This document shows, piece after piece, positions 9,879 to 20,125 of a DNA stretch of 64,000 bases (the first letter of the stretch is position 1; every line of letters starts with the position of its first letter). The notes under the pieces are model-generated. The model did no database searches and had not been told where the DNA came from. It saw only the letters and a list, made by a program, of their open reading frames with translations. Source of the stretch: Nitrospirota bacterium (GTDB lineage Bacteria > Nitrospirota > UBA9217). The translations under genes were made by a program, and so were the position numbers. The stretch covers positions 96,001 through 160,000 of the forward strand of contig CAWJQQ010000006.1 in the NCBI GenBank assembly GCA_963845065.1. The letters are read 5' to 3'.

Positions 9879-10373
9879 GCCATTTAATTAGACAGACGTG
9901 ATGATAAAACGTAACTTAGCAATACCATAGACCGATAAATCCGAATAATGATTGATGGGCCCATAAGACGTTCCCTTCTTTCTGCTAAAATTAAATCAAA
10001 GATAAAAGACAATAGAGGGCTAACATTGTCCTCTTAATGTCTATATTGATTACAGCGATGATCAGAGGAATGGAGAAGTAGCATGACTTCAATAACTAAT
10101 CTGGTAACCACGTCTGCGGAGAGGGAACTCGTCATCAAATGCATGTTCAACGCCGCGCTGGCGCGCGTTCAGTGACTGGATCGATTAAAAATATTTATTG
10201 CTCCGTTGGAAGGGATCAAATAGTTCATGAACCCGGTCTACGAAATAGATGTGCGGCCGAGCTACCGTATCCTATCTACGTGCGCAAGTCGCTACTCAAA
10301 ATATCAATAAGCTATAGTATTCTTTTTAATATCACTTGTTTTCAGCTTATTTAGATATAGACGGAGGAATGAA

Positions 10374-12605
10374 ATGTGGAAAGATCGTACTGTACTAGAA
10401 TTATCAAAAATGGCAGTATTGGCGGTTCTGTCGTTTTGCTCAGTATTGTTACCGTCTATAACTTCTTGGACAGCACAAGGGGATATCGTAACCATTGCTG
10501 GTGGTAGTGTCGGCGATGAAGGCTCAGCGAAAAGCGCAATCACGAGATATCCAAGTGGTGTTTCCGTCGATTCCACGGGGAACATTTATATAGCTGATAG
10601 CGGTAACAATCGCATCCGCAAGGTGAATGCGTCGAACGGCGTGATCACGACAATAGCAGGAAATGGAATCCAGGGCTATGGCGGTGATAACAGCCCTGCC
10701 ACGTTGGCAAGCCTCTCTGATCCCACTGGTGTATCTCTCGATACGGTGGGCAACATCTACATAGCTGATAGCGGTAACAATCGTATCCGAAAAGTGAATG
10801 CATCGAACGGCGTGATTACTACAGTGGCAGGAAGTGGAATCCAGGGCTATAGCGGTGATAACAGCCCTGCCACGTTGGCAAGCCTTTCTGATCCCACTGG
10901 TGTATCTCTCGATACGTTGGGCAACATCTACATAGCTGATAGCGGTAACAATCGCATCCGCAAGGTGAAAGCATCGAACGGACTCATCACGACAGTGGCG
11001 GGAAATGGAAGCTATGGCTTCAGCGGTGATAACGGCCCTGCCACGTCGGCAAGGCTCTTTAATCCCCACGGTGTATCTGTCGATTCGGCGGGAAATATTT
11101 ACATAGCTGATAGCGGTAACAATCGCATCCGTAAAGTGAATGTATCGGTCGGCATGATCGTGACTATGGCAGGAAATGGCATATATGGCTTTAGCGGTGA
11201 TAATGGCCCTGCCACGTCGGCAAGCCTTTCTAATCCCCATGGTGTATCTGTAGATTCGGCGGGAAACATCTACATTGCAGATTCTGAAAACCAATGCATT
11301 CGTATGGTGAATTCATTGAACGGCATAATCACGACAGCAGCCGGGAATGGGTCAGCGGCCTTCAGTGGTGATAACGGCCTTGCCACGTCAGCAAGTTTCA
11401 ATTATCCTATTGGTGTATCCGTCGATACTGCGGGTAACATTTACATAGCAGATGAAGACAACAATCGCATCCGGAAAGTGAGTACAGCGACCGGCATGAT
11501 TACAACGGTAGCGGGAAATAGGATTTATGGCTTCGGCGGTGATAGCGGCCCTGCTACGTCGGCAAGCATTTATAATCCATCAGGTGTAGCCGTCGATTCT
11601 GCGGGTAACATCTACATAGCGGATGAAGGCAACAATCGCATCCGGAAGGTGAATGCCTCGACCGAAGTGATCACAACAGTGGCGGGAAATGGATCAGCAA
11701 CCTTCAGGGGTGATAATAGCCCTGCTACGTCGGCAAGCCTTTATAATCCATCAGGTGTAGCCGTCGATTCCGCAGGAAACATTTACATAGCGGATGAAGG
11801 CAACAATCGCATCCGGAAGGTAAATGCCTCGACCGAAGTAATCACGACAGTGGCGGGAAATGGATCAGCAACCTTCAGTGGTGATGGCGGCCCTGCCACG
11901 TCGGCAAGCCTCAATTATCCTACTGGTGTAGCTGTCGATTCTACGGGAAACATCTACATAGCGGATAGCAACAATAACCGCGTCCGGGAGGTGAATGCAT
12001 CGACAGGGGTAATCAAAACGGTAGCCGGAAATGGATCAGCAACCTTCAGCGGTGATAGTGGCCCTGCCACGTCGGCAAGCCTCAATTATCCAACTGGTGT
12101 AGCCGTCGATTCTACGGGAAACATCTACATAGCGGATAGCAATAATAATCGCGTCCGGGAGGTGAATGCATCGACCGGAGCGATCACAACGGTAGCTGGA
12201 AATGGGACTGCAACCTACGGCGGTGATAACGGCGTTGCTACGTTGGCAAGTCTCAATTATCCTATTAGTGTATCCGTCGATGCCGCTAGAAATATCTACA
12301 TTGCGGATACCTATAACGATAGCGTTAGGAAGGTGAATGCATCGACCGGCATGATTGCGACAGTGGCAGGGAATGGAACTTATGGCTTTAGCGGTGATAA
12401 CAGCTCTGCCACATCGGCAAGCCTCAATTATCCCAGCGGTGTTTCAGCTGATGCGACGGGAAACATCTACATAGCGGATTTCTACAGCAATCGCATCCGG
12501 AAGGTAAATGCATCGACCGGCATGATCACAACAGTAGCCGGAAATGGGACTGCAACTTTCGGCAGCGACAACGGCGCTGCCGCGACTTCAAGCTCAATTA
12601 TCTAA
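10374..12605 (+). CDS. secreted NHL-repeat beta-propeller protein
   Basis: Signal-peptide-like N-terminus; 12 copies of a 57-aa unit containing PxGVxVDxxGNIYIADxxNxRIRKV; GGAGG SD. Confidence 0.92.
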   Translation: MWKDRTVLELSKMAVLAVLSFCSVLLPSITSWTAQGDIVTIAGGSVGDEGSAKSAITRYPSGVSVDSTGNIYIADSGNNRIRKVNASNGVITTIAGNGIQGYGGDNSPATLASLSDPTGVSLDTVGNIYIADSGNNRIRKVNASNGVITTVAGSGIQGYSGDNSPATLASLSDPTGVSLDTLGNIYIADSGNNRIRKVKASNGLITTVAGNGSYGFSGDNGPATSARLFNPHGVSVDSAGNIYIADSGNNRIRKVNVSVGMIVTMAGNGIYGFSGDNGPATSASLSNPHGVSVDSAGNIYIADSENQCIRMVNSLNGIITTAAGNGSAAFSGDNGLATSASFNYPIGVSVDTAGNIYIADEDNNRIRKVSTATGMITTVAGNRIYGFGGDSGPATSASIYNPSGVAVDSAGNIYIADEGNNRIRKVNASTEVITTVAGNGSATFRGDNSPATSASLYNPSGVAVDSAGNIYIADEGNNRIRKVNASTEVITTVAGNGSATFSGDGGPATSASLNYPTGVAVDSTGNIYIADSNNNRVREVNASTGVIKTVAGNGSATFSGDSGPATSASLNYPTGVAVDSTGNIYIADSNNNRVREVNASTGAITTVAGNGTATYGGDNGVATLASLNYPISVSVDAARNIYIADTYNDSVRKVNASTGMIATVAGNGTYGFSGDNSSATSASLNYPSGVSADATGNIYIADFYSNRIRKVNASTGMITTVAGNGTATFGSDNGAAATSSSII
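10540..12600 (+). repeat. coding tandem repeat, 171-bp period, about 12 units
   Basis: ATAGCTGATAGCGGTAACAATCG recurs at about 10590, 10761, 10932 and 11103; neighbouring units are the most similar. Confidence 0.9.
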
Positions 12606-13329
12606 TTTTTTTAGTCGTTAACTCCGTGGAAAACATACAAATAGTGACTTATGGTAACCGAATTTTGAACATAACGTAGTTTTTCCACCTGGTCGACATT
12701 ATTTTAATTGCCGTATTTTATGCGTGACTTCCCACCATATAAATCGGGGTGTAGAGTCTGTTTTTGTTTTCATATTAAGCTGAAAATATGTATTACTGCG
12801 TTTCTTTAGCCGTATCATGAGCATCCCTGCATGGATCAAGATTGTGTAATGGTTAACCAATGTTGGCAGAATCAGATAGTGTGGGCTCGGGTGCAGGAGG
12901 AGTGAATGACGAAGGGTTGGAAGCGGCTGGTTCGAGCGACAACCCTAAAGTCCCAGTTATTAAGATCGTGCATCGTTTCAATGAGTATTGCTTCCCTTTT
13001 CGTGTTCGATGATCTTTCGCGTGAACCATATTACGGTAGGTTGAAAAGCTTTTCTATTGCGTTCTACCTCGTTAAATGCCCACAGATTCAGCGGAGCAGA
13101 CAATATCCTAACCATATAACCCTCTGGGGTTACTCAAATGACCGCAAATCTGCTCCGCGTTTAGTCCTAACATTTCTGCTTAAAGCTTTAAAGCCCGCCT
13201 GAACGGAAAGCCTGCAATCTGACATGCGTATTATTTATATTGTGGTTAACGGTATTACTTCATTAAACTTTTTATCGCCACTGGTGTCTAGAATCTATAG
13301 AAGACAGTGGATAAAGAGGGGAATTGGGC

Positions 13330-13650
13330 ATGAAAAATGCGAATTTATATTTTCGTGGCTGTTATTGTACCGTTCCTTGTCGGAATCTCACAGGTTATGC
13401 ACATGGAGGTGTGAGTATAGGTATTGGCAGCGGGCCATGGTGGACGCCGCCCTTCTCTCCTTTTTATTACTCGCAGCTGCCCGTTTGTTATCCAGCAACA
13501 AGCTCTCATAAACAACAGGCGTCCTGGGGAGAAGTACAGCGGTATTAATGGTAATGCGGGCAGGAATCTAATGCTTATAATCCATGTTTGAAACAATGTA
13601 CCAGTGGCTCGATAAAGGTTGTTCCAATCTCGAGTCCGCCGAAGGAGTAA
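13330..13650 (+). pseudogene. decayed proline/aromatic-rich small exported protein
   Basis: Fragments HGGVSIGIGSGPWWTPPFSPFYY and AYNPCLKQCTSGSIKVVP resemble the YYPYVKQCPGGWxKVVP-type protein that often precedes glycine-zipper lipoproteins; frameshifts and stops present. Confidence 0.55.
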
Positions 13651-13656
13651 TAGCTC

Positions 13657-14592
13657 ATGATGACATTTAAACTAAGCATCTTAATATCTTTTGCTCTTCT
13701 GGTGGTGGGTGGCTGTGCCACGATGCCAACGGGGCCGAGCGTCAACATCTTGCCAACCCCGGGAAAGCCTTTTGACACATTCCGAGCCGAGGATGCGACC
13801 TGCAGGCAGTGGGCACAACAACAACTTGGGGTATCGGCCCAGCAGACCTACGATCGTAACGTTGCTTCAGGAGCAGTCGCGGGCACGGCAATTGGAGCTG
13901 GGCTGGGTGCCGCCATAGGTTCAGCCTCCGGCCACGCTGGAGCAGGTGCCCTCATTGGTGGTGCATATGGACTTCTCTTTGGAACGTCAGCAGGGTCAGA
14001 TTCAGGCAGAGTTTATGGCAGGACAGCCCAACGCAGATATGACAATGCCTATGTCCAGTGTATGTATTCCTACGGGAATCAGGTACCCGGATACCGCCCT
14101 TATGTAGCTGCACCTCTTCAATCCGGTGTTGCCGCGTCTCCTCCCCCTCCACCTCCTGTTATGCCTGAAGCAAATGAGCTACCTCCAGTTACACTCTCTG
14201 CTCCCCCTGAGGAGTACCCACGAACTGGGCAATATACACCGCCACCAGAGGTTTATTTTGACGAATCACCTCAGTTCCTTTATTCGCCTTCGCTCAATTT
14301 GTATGTTGCAGTCGGAGTTCCTTATGATCTTGTTTATACTGGGCGTTATTACTTCTACTTTTACGGTGGACGTTGGTATCGGGGGCCATATTACAACGGT
14401 CCGTGGGGGCTTGCTACGGGGAGACATTTCCCGCCGGCTTTACTCAGGTACCGAATTGACCAAATTCGATATTACCGTGACGTCGAGTTTAAACGATATG
14501 AGCACGATAGAGCGCACTATGATGGACGAATCCACCATCCCGAATTTCATGGTAGAAAAAAGGAAATAGAGCTCAATGAAGAACATAAGTAA
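13657..14592 (+). CDS. glycine-zipper lipoprotein with Pro-rich linker
   Basis: Lipobox VGGC, GAVAGTAIGAGLGAAIG zipper, RRYDNAYVQCMY, poly-Pro. Confidence 0.85.
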   Translation: MMTFKLSILISFALLVVGGCATMPTGPSVNILPTPGKPFDTFRAEDATCRQWAQQQLGVSAQQTYDRNVASGAVAGTAIGAGLGAAIGSASGHAGAGALIGGAYGLLFGTSAGSDSGRVYGRTAQRRYDNAYVQCMYSYGNQVPGYRPYVAAPLQSGVAASPPPPPPVMPEANELPPVTLSAPPEEYPRTGQYTPPPEVYFDESPQFLYSPSLNLYVAVGVPYDLVYTGRYYFYFYGGRWYRGPYYNGPWGLATGRHFPPALLRYRIDQIRYYRDVEFKRYEHDRAHYDGRIHHPEFHGRKKEIELNEEHK

Positions 14593-14973
14593 AACAGCTG
14601 ATGATAAGAACACCAAACGCGGAAAGTGGTCATACCGCCCGTTTTTTTCTGCTTTCGATTTAGATTCGATTCCAAACACAGATTACACTGCAATATGTTT
14701 TTTCCCAATTTCAAATGATGCAACTGGTACAGACTTCAGAAAGGTTTTTGTTCTGAGTGCTTCAAATATACTCCTTATATTTGATCGATCCTTGCCCGCA
14801 TGAGGGTATACCGGCGCTGCCCGCTCTTCTTTCCAGCACAAATACTTTGCCGAAGCACACACAACAAGGAATATTGAAAGGATTAAATCATCTGAAAGGT
14901 ATTACCGCAGGGCATCACTGTCAGACTCGTACCCATATTCATCATCGCCCACACGATCAGAAGAAGAGCCTAC

Positions 14974-15527
14974 TTACCAAGACTCAGGCAAACAGATATA
15001 ACTCGGGTAAGGCCTTTTCCAAGGATTGTATGAGAAAGAATAGTTATAGTAGTAAGGGGAATAGTATGGCTCAAAGTAGTATGTCGGTTCCTGCCAGAAA
15101 TAGATTTGTTTGATTTCAATCACAGGATAGACATATTCCATATCATCGATCTTGCCCTTTCGAGATTCGATGAATTCGCCTGCGAGCGTTATCTCCCTGC
15201 TCTTCTTCTAGATGACTGGATCGAGCAGTCTCTCCGACTTCGGTGAAATCTCCAGGAACCTTCTGCCCGATCGCTCGCCTTCTACCAGATACCCAAGGGA
15301 GTCAACGGGTACATAGAGCGTCTCGATCTGCGTTCCCGTTGAGAAAAGCTTGCTGTTTACGATCACGCAGCCAAGGATGAAAAGCCTGCCCTTATAGCTT
15401 TCTGGGGCGTCCCAGAGCTGATCCCTTAGTACACCCCGAAGCCCTCCCTCATCAGATCCCGGTTCAGTACTGGCGCGTACGCCACAAGAAGCAGTACTGA
15501 TTTCAGTAGACTCAATGCGCGTTTCAT
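14974..15527 (-). pseudogene. Slp-family outer-membrane lipoprotein pseudogene
   Basis: MKRALSLL...LVAYAP (lipobox Cys lost), frameshift, PESYKGRLFILG, LLDPVI* (TAG at 15208-15210), ITLAGEF, GKIDDMEYVYPVIEIKQIYFW, Tyr/Pro tail. Confidence 0.8.
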
Positions 15528-15667
15528 ATAATTATTATCCCATGAAGGAAAAGAAGGTGTCAAGGCTCGTACTTTTATAATACTGTGGATCTATTCACTG
15601 ACACCCTCACCGATTATAAAAGCGGGCGGTCTTCTTAAACTAATAACCCGTTTCACGGCAAAATTAA

Positions 15668-15696
15668 TTGCATAGCTCTTCTTTCCATGTTATAGT
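15668..15696 (+). promoter_or_regulatory. sigma70-type promoter for the glutaredoxin-FTR operon
   Basis: TTGCAT-N17-TATAGT with TG extension. Confidence 0.55.
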
Positions 15697-15724
15697 AATA
15701 ATACTATCGTCGGGAGATGAGTCT

Positions 15725-15988
15725 ATGCCTTCGAACAAAAAGAAAATCAAACTCTACACCCTCAGCACGTGTTCGCACTGCAACAAAACCAAGCGTTTTT
15801 TCAAAGAAAATGATATCGACATTGAGTTTATTGACGTAGATCTGCTTTCTGGAGTCCAGCGCGAACTCATCATGGATGAAGTGAGAAAAGTAAACCCCGA
15901 TTGCAGCTTCCCCACCATTTGCATTAACGAGGTCATCGTTGTTGGTTTTAACGAAGAAAAGCTGCGCAAAGCATTGGATCTGAAATGA
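15725..15988 (+). CDS. glutaredoxin / NrdH-like redoxin
   Basis: YTLSTCSHC, SFPTI, VVGF; start MPSNK with GGAG SD. Confidence 0.9.
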   Translation: MPSNKKKIKLYTLSTCSHCNKTKRFFKENDIDIEFIDVDLLSGVQRELIMDEVRKVNPDCSFPTICINEVIVVGFNEEKLRKALDLK

Positions 15989-16317
15989 CCCCAGACAAGC
16001 TGTTCGATATCCTAACAAAATATGCAGAATCTCAGGGCATCCATCTGAACAAGGATAAGATTTTTGTCATGGATATCCTACAGGGTCTGCTAACGAACGA
16101 GGCACGCTACGGCTACCGCTCTTGTCCCTGCCGCCTCGCCTGGGGTGTAAAGGAAAAGGATGCTGACATCGTTTGTCCTTGCATCTATCGCGACCCTGAC
16201 ATTACAGAGTTTGGGAGCTGTTTCTGCGGCCTCTACGTTTCGGCGGCATGGAACGAAGGAAAGATCGAGCACAGACAGGTTCCCGAGCGAAGACCGAAAA
16301 AAAAGCGAGTAATATAA
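15985..16317 (+). CDS. ferredoxin:thioredoxin reductase catalytic subunit-like protein
   Basis: CPC, CPC and CFC motifs, VPERR; ATGA overlap with the glutaredoxin. Confidence 0.92.
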   Translation: MTPDKLFDILTKYAESQGIHLNKDKIFVMDILQGLLTNEARYGYRSCPCRLAWGVKEKDADIVCPCIYRDPDITEFGSCFCGLYVSAAWNEGKIEHRQVPERRPKKKRVI

Positions 16318-16425
16318 ATATTTCGCAAGTAAGGGAAGGAACACTGCGAAGAGATCTTCAATGCTATGGGCTCTGCCCCTGGGCAGTTACTCACAAATGA
16401 CATCGATACATTAAAGGGACAGTAC

Positions 16426-16818
16426 ATGAAAAAAAAAGAGAAGAACCAAAAAAAAATTGACATGCCAGAATTCAACTTCAAGGAATTTACTGCCGAAGAA
16501 GGCAGAATTTACGAGGAAGCGGTGAGCAATTTCCGAGATGCTATCGCGGCAGGTAAAACACTGCGTCAAGCTTACGAAAGCTATCCAATTGGAAATAAGG
16601 AACTCGAAAAGCTGATCCAAGTTGATTTTCTGAAGATTCTCATCGCTGAACGGCATTTCGGCCAGCATCAAGCTATGGAGGATATCGCCAAAGCCCTCGA
16701 TGTTTCAGTAAGCCTTATCAAGGAGACCTATGCACGCATGCTCCAGGAAGTGGGCGTCACTGCGGCAAGCCAATTAGGCGAGGAGTTCAACGGAATCCTA
16801 CCGAAAACGAACGACTAA
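16426..16818 (+). CDS. hypothetical protein
   Basis: Open frame with plausible SD; helical; possible HTH-like segment MEDIAKALDVS; start uncertain. Confidence 0.65.
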   Translation: MKKKEKNQKKIDMPEFNFKEFTAEEGRIYEEAVSNFRDAIAAGKTLRQAYESYPIGNKELEKLIQVDFLKILIAERHFGQHQAMEDIAKALDVSVSLIKETYARMLQEVGVTAASQLGEEFNGILPKTND

Positions 16819-16988
16819 ACTTATCTTTTTTGGCCATTAGATTCCAGGAAAGCAAGGGAAAGCAAAAGATCAATTTTATTCAAGATTCTACTTCACGTCC
16901 CTCGCGAATTCAAGGTTGTTTTTTTTACGAACCCTTGTTTCCTCCTCGTCCTCTGCAGCCAACCAATCTTTTTTAGCAGAAAATTCTC

Positions 16989-17753
16989 ATGAGCTTCTTT
17001 ATCGGTTTTCTTGCTGGTTTTTTCGGAGGACTTATCGGCCTCGGCGGTGGGGTCATCATGATCCCACTCATGGTCGGCATTACCAAGTTAGATCAGCACG
17101 GCGCCCACGGTACAAGTCTCATTGCCCTGGTCTTTACCGGGATATCCGGCGCGATCGCTTACGACATGAAGGGATCCGTCGATGTTACCGCTGCCGCACT
17201 TCTCGCGACTACGGCTATAGTAACTGCACGCACCGGCGCTCACTTTGCTCTTTCTCTCCCCGGATGGAAACTCAAGCGGGCCTTCGGCGGTTTTCTAGTG
17301 TTTGCCTCACTACTTATGTTGAGCAACCCGGATCTCCCTCAGATTGCTGCCATAGATAGCAGTTGGCCGAGGATTCTGCTCTTCCTCATGACCGGAGTTG
17401 TTGCTGGATTCTTCTCTGGGATGTTGGGAGTGGGAGGCGGAACAATCATGGTACCGGCGATGGTTCTCCTTCTGGGATTCGGAGAGCTTACGGCTCAGGG
17501 AACGTCGTTGCTTGCTATGGTCCCCATAGGCGCCAGCGGCGCTTACACCCATTGGAAACGAGGCAACATTAGAACGAATCTGCTACCCCGATTGATCCCA
17601 GGAATCTTGATTGGGACTTATCTAGGCGGCACCCTGGCTCATGTTCTGACTGACAACCTCCTTCGGTTTATTTTTGCGGCGATGCTGATCTGGATCGGCG
17701 TGCAATATCTGATGACGAAAAGACCAGCCTCCTCATTACCCAAAAATTATTAA
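16989..17753 (+). CDS. sulfite exporter TauE/SafE family
   Basis: Two repeats GLIGLGGGVIMIP / GMLGVGGGTIMVP, AxGTSL; about 8 TM. Confidence 0.92.
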   Translation: MSFFIGFLAGFFGGLIGLGGGVIMIPLMVGITKLDQHGAHGTSLIALVFTGISGAIAYDMKGSVDVTAAALLATTAIVTARTGAHFALSLPGWKLKRAFGGFLVFASLLMLSNPDLPQIAAIDSSWPRILLFLMTGVVAGFFSGMLGVGGGTIMVPAMVLLLGFGELTAQGTSLLAMVPIGASGAYTHWKRGNIRTNLLPRLIPGILIGTYLGGTLAHVLTDNLLRFIFAAMLIWIGVQYLMTKRPASSLPKNY

Positions 17754-17918
17754 GATAAATCATAGTCCAAATTCGGTCACTATGTGATTTATCGCTGTTG
17801 ACAATGAGCATGATCGACGTAATGCCGTACGCGATATTCTTCATTGATACTGTTGAAAAATATTGTTTGCCGCAGTATCATACGTTCAGCATAAATCGTC
17901 AATCCACAAGGAGCACGT

Positions 17919-18170
17919 ATGAACGAAGCCCTGCGAGAAGAAGAGAAAAAACTCCGGATGCTAAAGTTCGTTGTGGACCTCAATATGGCGGTCCTAATGC
18001 AGCAAAGCGATCTTACCTTGCGTGAAGCGTTCGATATAATGAAAAATACAAAGCAAGCTGCGATGAACCTGTTCCCGGACAAAGAGCAAGTATTCGAGCT
18101 CATCTATTCTCCAAGATTTCGACGCATTATCAGGGACCGATTTGTCATTCGAGGAGGACTTGCAAGATAG
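17919..18170 (+). CDS. small conserved hypothetical protein
   Basis: AGGAG SD; LFPDKEQVFELIYSPRFRR. Confidence 0.7.
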   Translation: MNEALREEEKKLRMLKFVVDLNMAVLMQQSDLTLREAFDIMKNTKQAAMNLFPDKEQVFELIYSPRFRRIIRDRFVIRGGLAR

Positions 18171-18982
18171 TTGCTCAAAATAAAGTCACGAAACGAAATT
18201 AATTTTTAATCTAAAATCGAGTACATTCATCTGCAGTTTGCTATCAATACTTTACTGAATTGTCCGATTTTTTTTCGACCGGTCGTGTTACTTCCGTCTT
18301 ATAAGAATCAATGCCAATCTCTGCATAAAAACATTCCGATCTTGCCATTTCTTCCGTATGCGCCGCATATGGATACATCTTCATGTACTTGATCCTGCTT
18401 TTTTCATCATACTCATACACCGCTTAGCCAATCATTGCTTCCCGTGCATTGACGACCACGCCTGAGCTCCGTTGCCCTCACAGGAAAGCTCGACATGACC
18501 ACGACGACGAATCCCGTTAAACCGCCGATCACGATGGGTGTTGTCAAGAGCGACAGGCCGACGAGCTCCTCCAATAATTAGCTGGTCTGCTCCTTTGATA
18601 TCGCAATAGGTGAACAGTAGAAGGCTGGTTTGAGCAAATTTTTACGGTTATATACGAGTGGTCAGCAGGGGATTTGAAAGTGGACTAGAGCTAGCGGTCA
18701 ATTATAGGTAATTAGTCCAATTCGTTGCGAGATGAGGCAGTATGCACAAAACTTGTCCTCATTCCTGCCCGGACGGTTGTCCAAAAAGTGAGTAAATAGG
18801 GGCAACAATGACTTTCATAGTCTATCTTATTCACCAAATAGGTAGTCTGTTTTTTGTTCAGAAAGATATTCCGTGTCGGCCTGGATTCGCTCGTTCATGC
18901 ACCCAATCGGAATCAGCAGGAGTGAACAGATGATCGACACAAGCGACTACGTGACGGACAGCTCCACGGCTGAAGGAAGAAA

Positions 18983-20125
18983 TTATGTCGAGGTCTTCCG
19001 TTCAAGTTCAATAACCGTAACTTCCGGCGAAGAAAGAAAACGAATCGGCGGGCCCCACGTACCCGTGCCCCGGCTGACATGCAGGAGGGACGCACCGCCA
19101 AGATCATAATTGCCCGCATTCAGCGGGAAAAAGATCTTTGTAAGCAGTATAAAAGGAAATATCTGTCCTTTATGCGTGTGGCCAGAGAGCTGCAAATCGA
19201 AGAGCCCGGTAGTCGAGCGGTCGATACTGGGCTGATGCTTCAGAAAGAGCGTAAACCGATCCCGCGGTATCGCTTCAAGTAGCTTTTTTCCCGATATCGG
19301 CTTTTGTAGATTCATCAAGACCGCTGTCCGGTCATCGACCCCTGCGATGGTAATCGGCCCGACGGGAATTGCTTCGTTATGAAGAACGGTAAAGCCCGCT
19401 TCTCTCGTGAAGGCAAGTGCCGTCTCGATCCCGGCGAAGTACTCGTGATTTCCTGTGATCGCGTAGTTCCCGTATTTCGTTTTTACCCCACGCAGAAGTT
19501 CAGCAAGACCCACGAGGTGGTTGATCTGTGCATCGACCAAATCACCGGTTGACAGGAAGATATCGGGTTTGGCCGCCTTGACAATCGCGAGCATTTTTTT
19601 GAGACGAACGCTCCGAATGATCAGGCCGAGGTGGATGTCGGAAATCTGGACGATCGTGAGACGTTCGATCCCGGCGGGCAGTTTCGCAGTCTTGATCGTC
19701 AACCGTTCAGTCCCGATCGTACGGGCTTCAAAATATCCGTAGACGCAAATACAGATAGAAATGACGAGGCTCGCGAGGAACGACGTTCGTGCTGAAAAAA
19801 GGTATGCGGAAACATTGGAATGCATCATCCAACCTGATGCACGGGTCACAAGGCCGGCGATGTCGAAGACAAGAGAGCCGCAGAAAAAGAGGAACAACAC
19901 AGCCATCCAAAGATAGGCAACATATGCGAGCACCCTCGCTGGGACGTCATAGTCAAACTGCTCGAGCGTGCGGATCAGGAACACTGCGAAGACCATTAAC
20001 ATCATGAATGCAGCAAGCACGATCCCCGTTGCCGGACCGAATGCCAGCGCGCTTCTTGCGTGCAGGAATGCATAGACGTGTGTTCCGCCGTAGACCACAA
20101 AGATAAAAAGAATGAAAAATCTCAT
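18983..20125 (-). CDS. membrane-anchored metallophosphoesterase (YkuE-like)
   Basis: N-terminal TMs; SDIH, TGDLVD, GNHE, SGHTHKGQ, SRGTG. Confidence 0.92.
   Translation of the reverse strand: MRFFILFIFVVYGGTHVYAFLHARSALAFGPATGIVLAAFMMLMVFAVFLIRTLEQFDYDVPARVLAYVAYLWMAVLFLFFCGSLVFDIAGLVTRASGWMMHSNVSAYLFSARTSFLASLVISICICVYGYFEARTIGTERLTIKTAKLPAGIERLTIVQISDIHLGLIIRSVRLKKMLAIVKAAKPDIFLSTGDLVDAQINHLVGLAELLRGVKTKYGNYAITGNHEYFAGIETALAFTREAGFTVLHNEAIPVGPITIAGVDDRTAVLMNLQKPISGKKLLEAIPRDRFTLFLKHQPSIDRSTTGLFDLQLSGHTHKGQIFPFILLTKIFFPLNAGNYDLGGASLLHVSRGTGTWGPPIRFLSSPEVTVIELERKTST

Noticed and set aside
10540..12600. Regular repeats as a possible CRISPR array or DGR template
   Set aside because: The 171-bp units are in-frame coding repeats without unique spacers; no cas or RT gene in the window
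12906..13202. 98-aa ORF behind a strong AGGAGG
   Set aside because: No recognisable motif or protein-like composition; cannot be supported
15208..15210. TAG readthrough (pyrrolysine) in the Slp gene
   Set aside because: The gene also has a frameshift and lost its lipobox Cys, so pseudogene is the simpler reading
18171..18980. 800-bp gap with possible gene debris
   Set aside because: No family could be recognised in any frame I read
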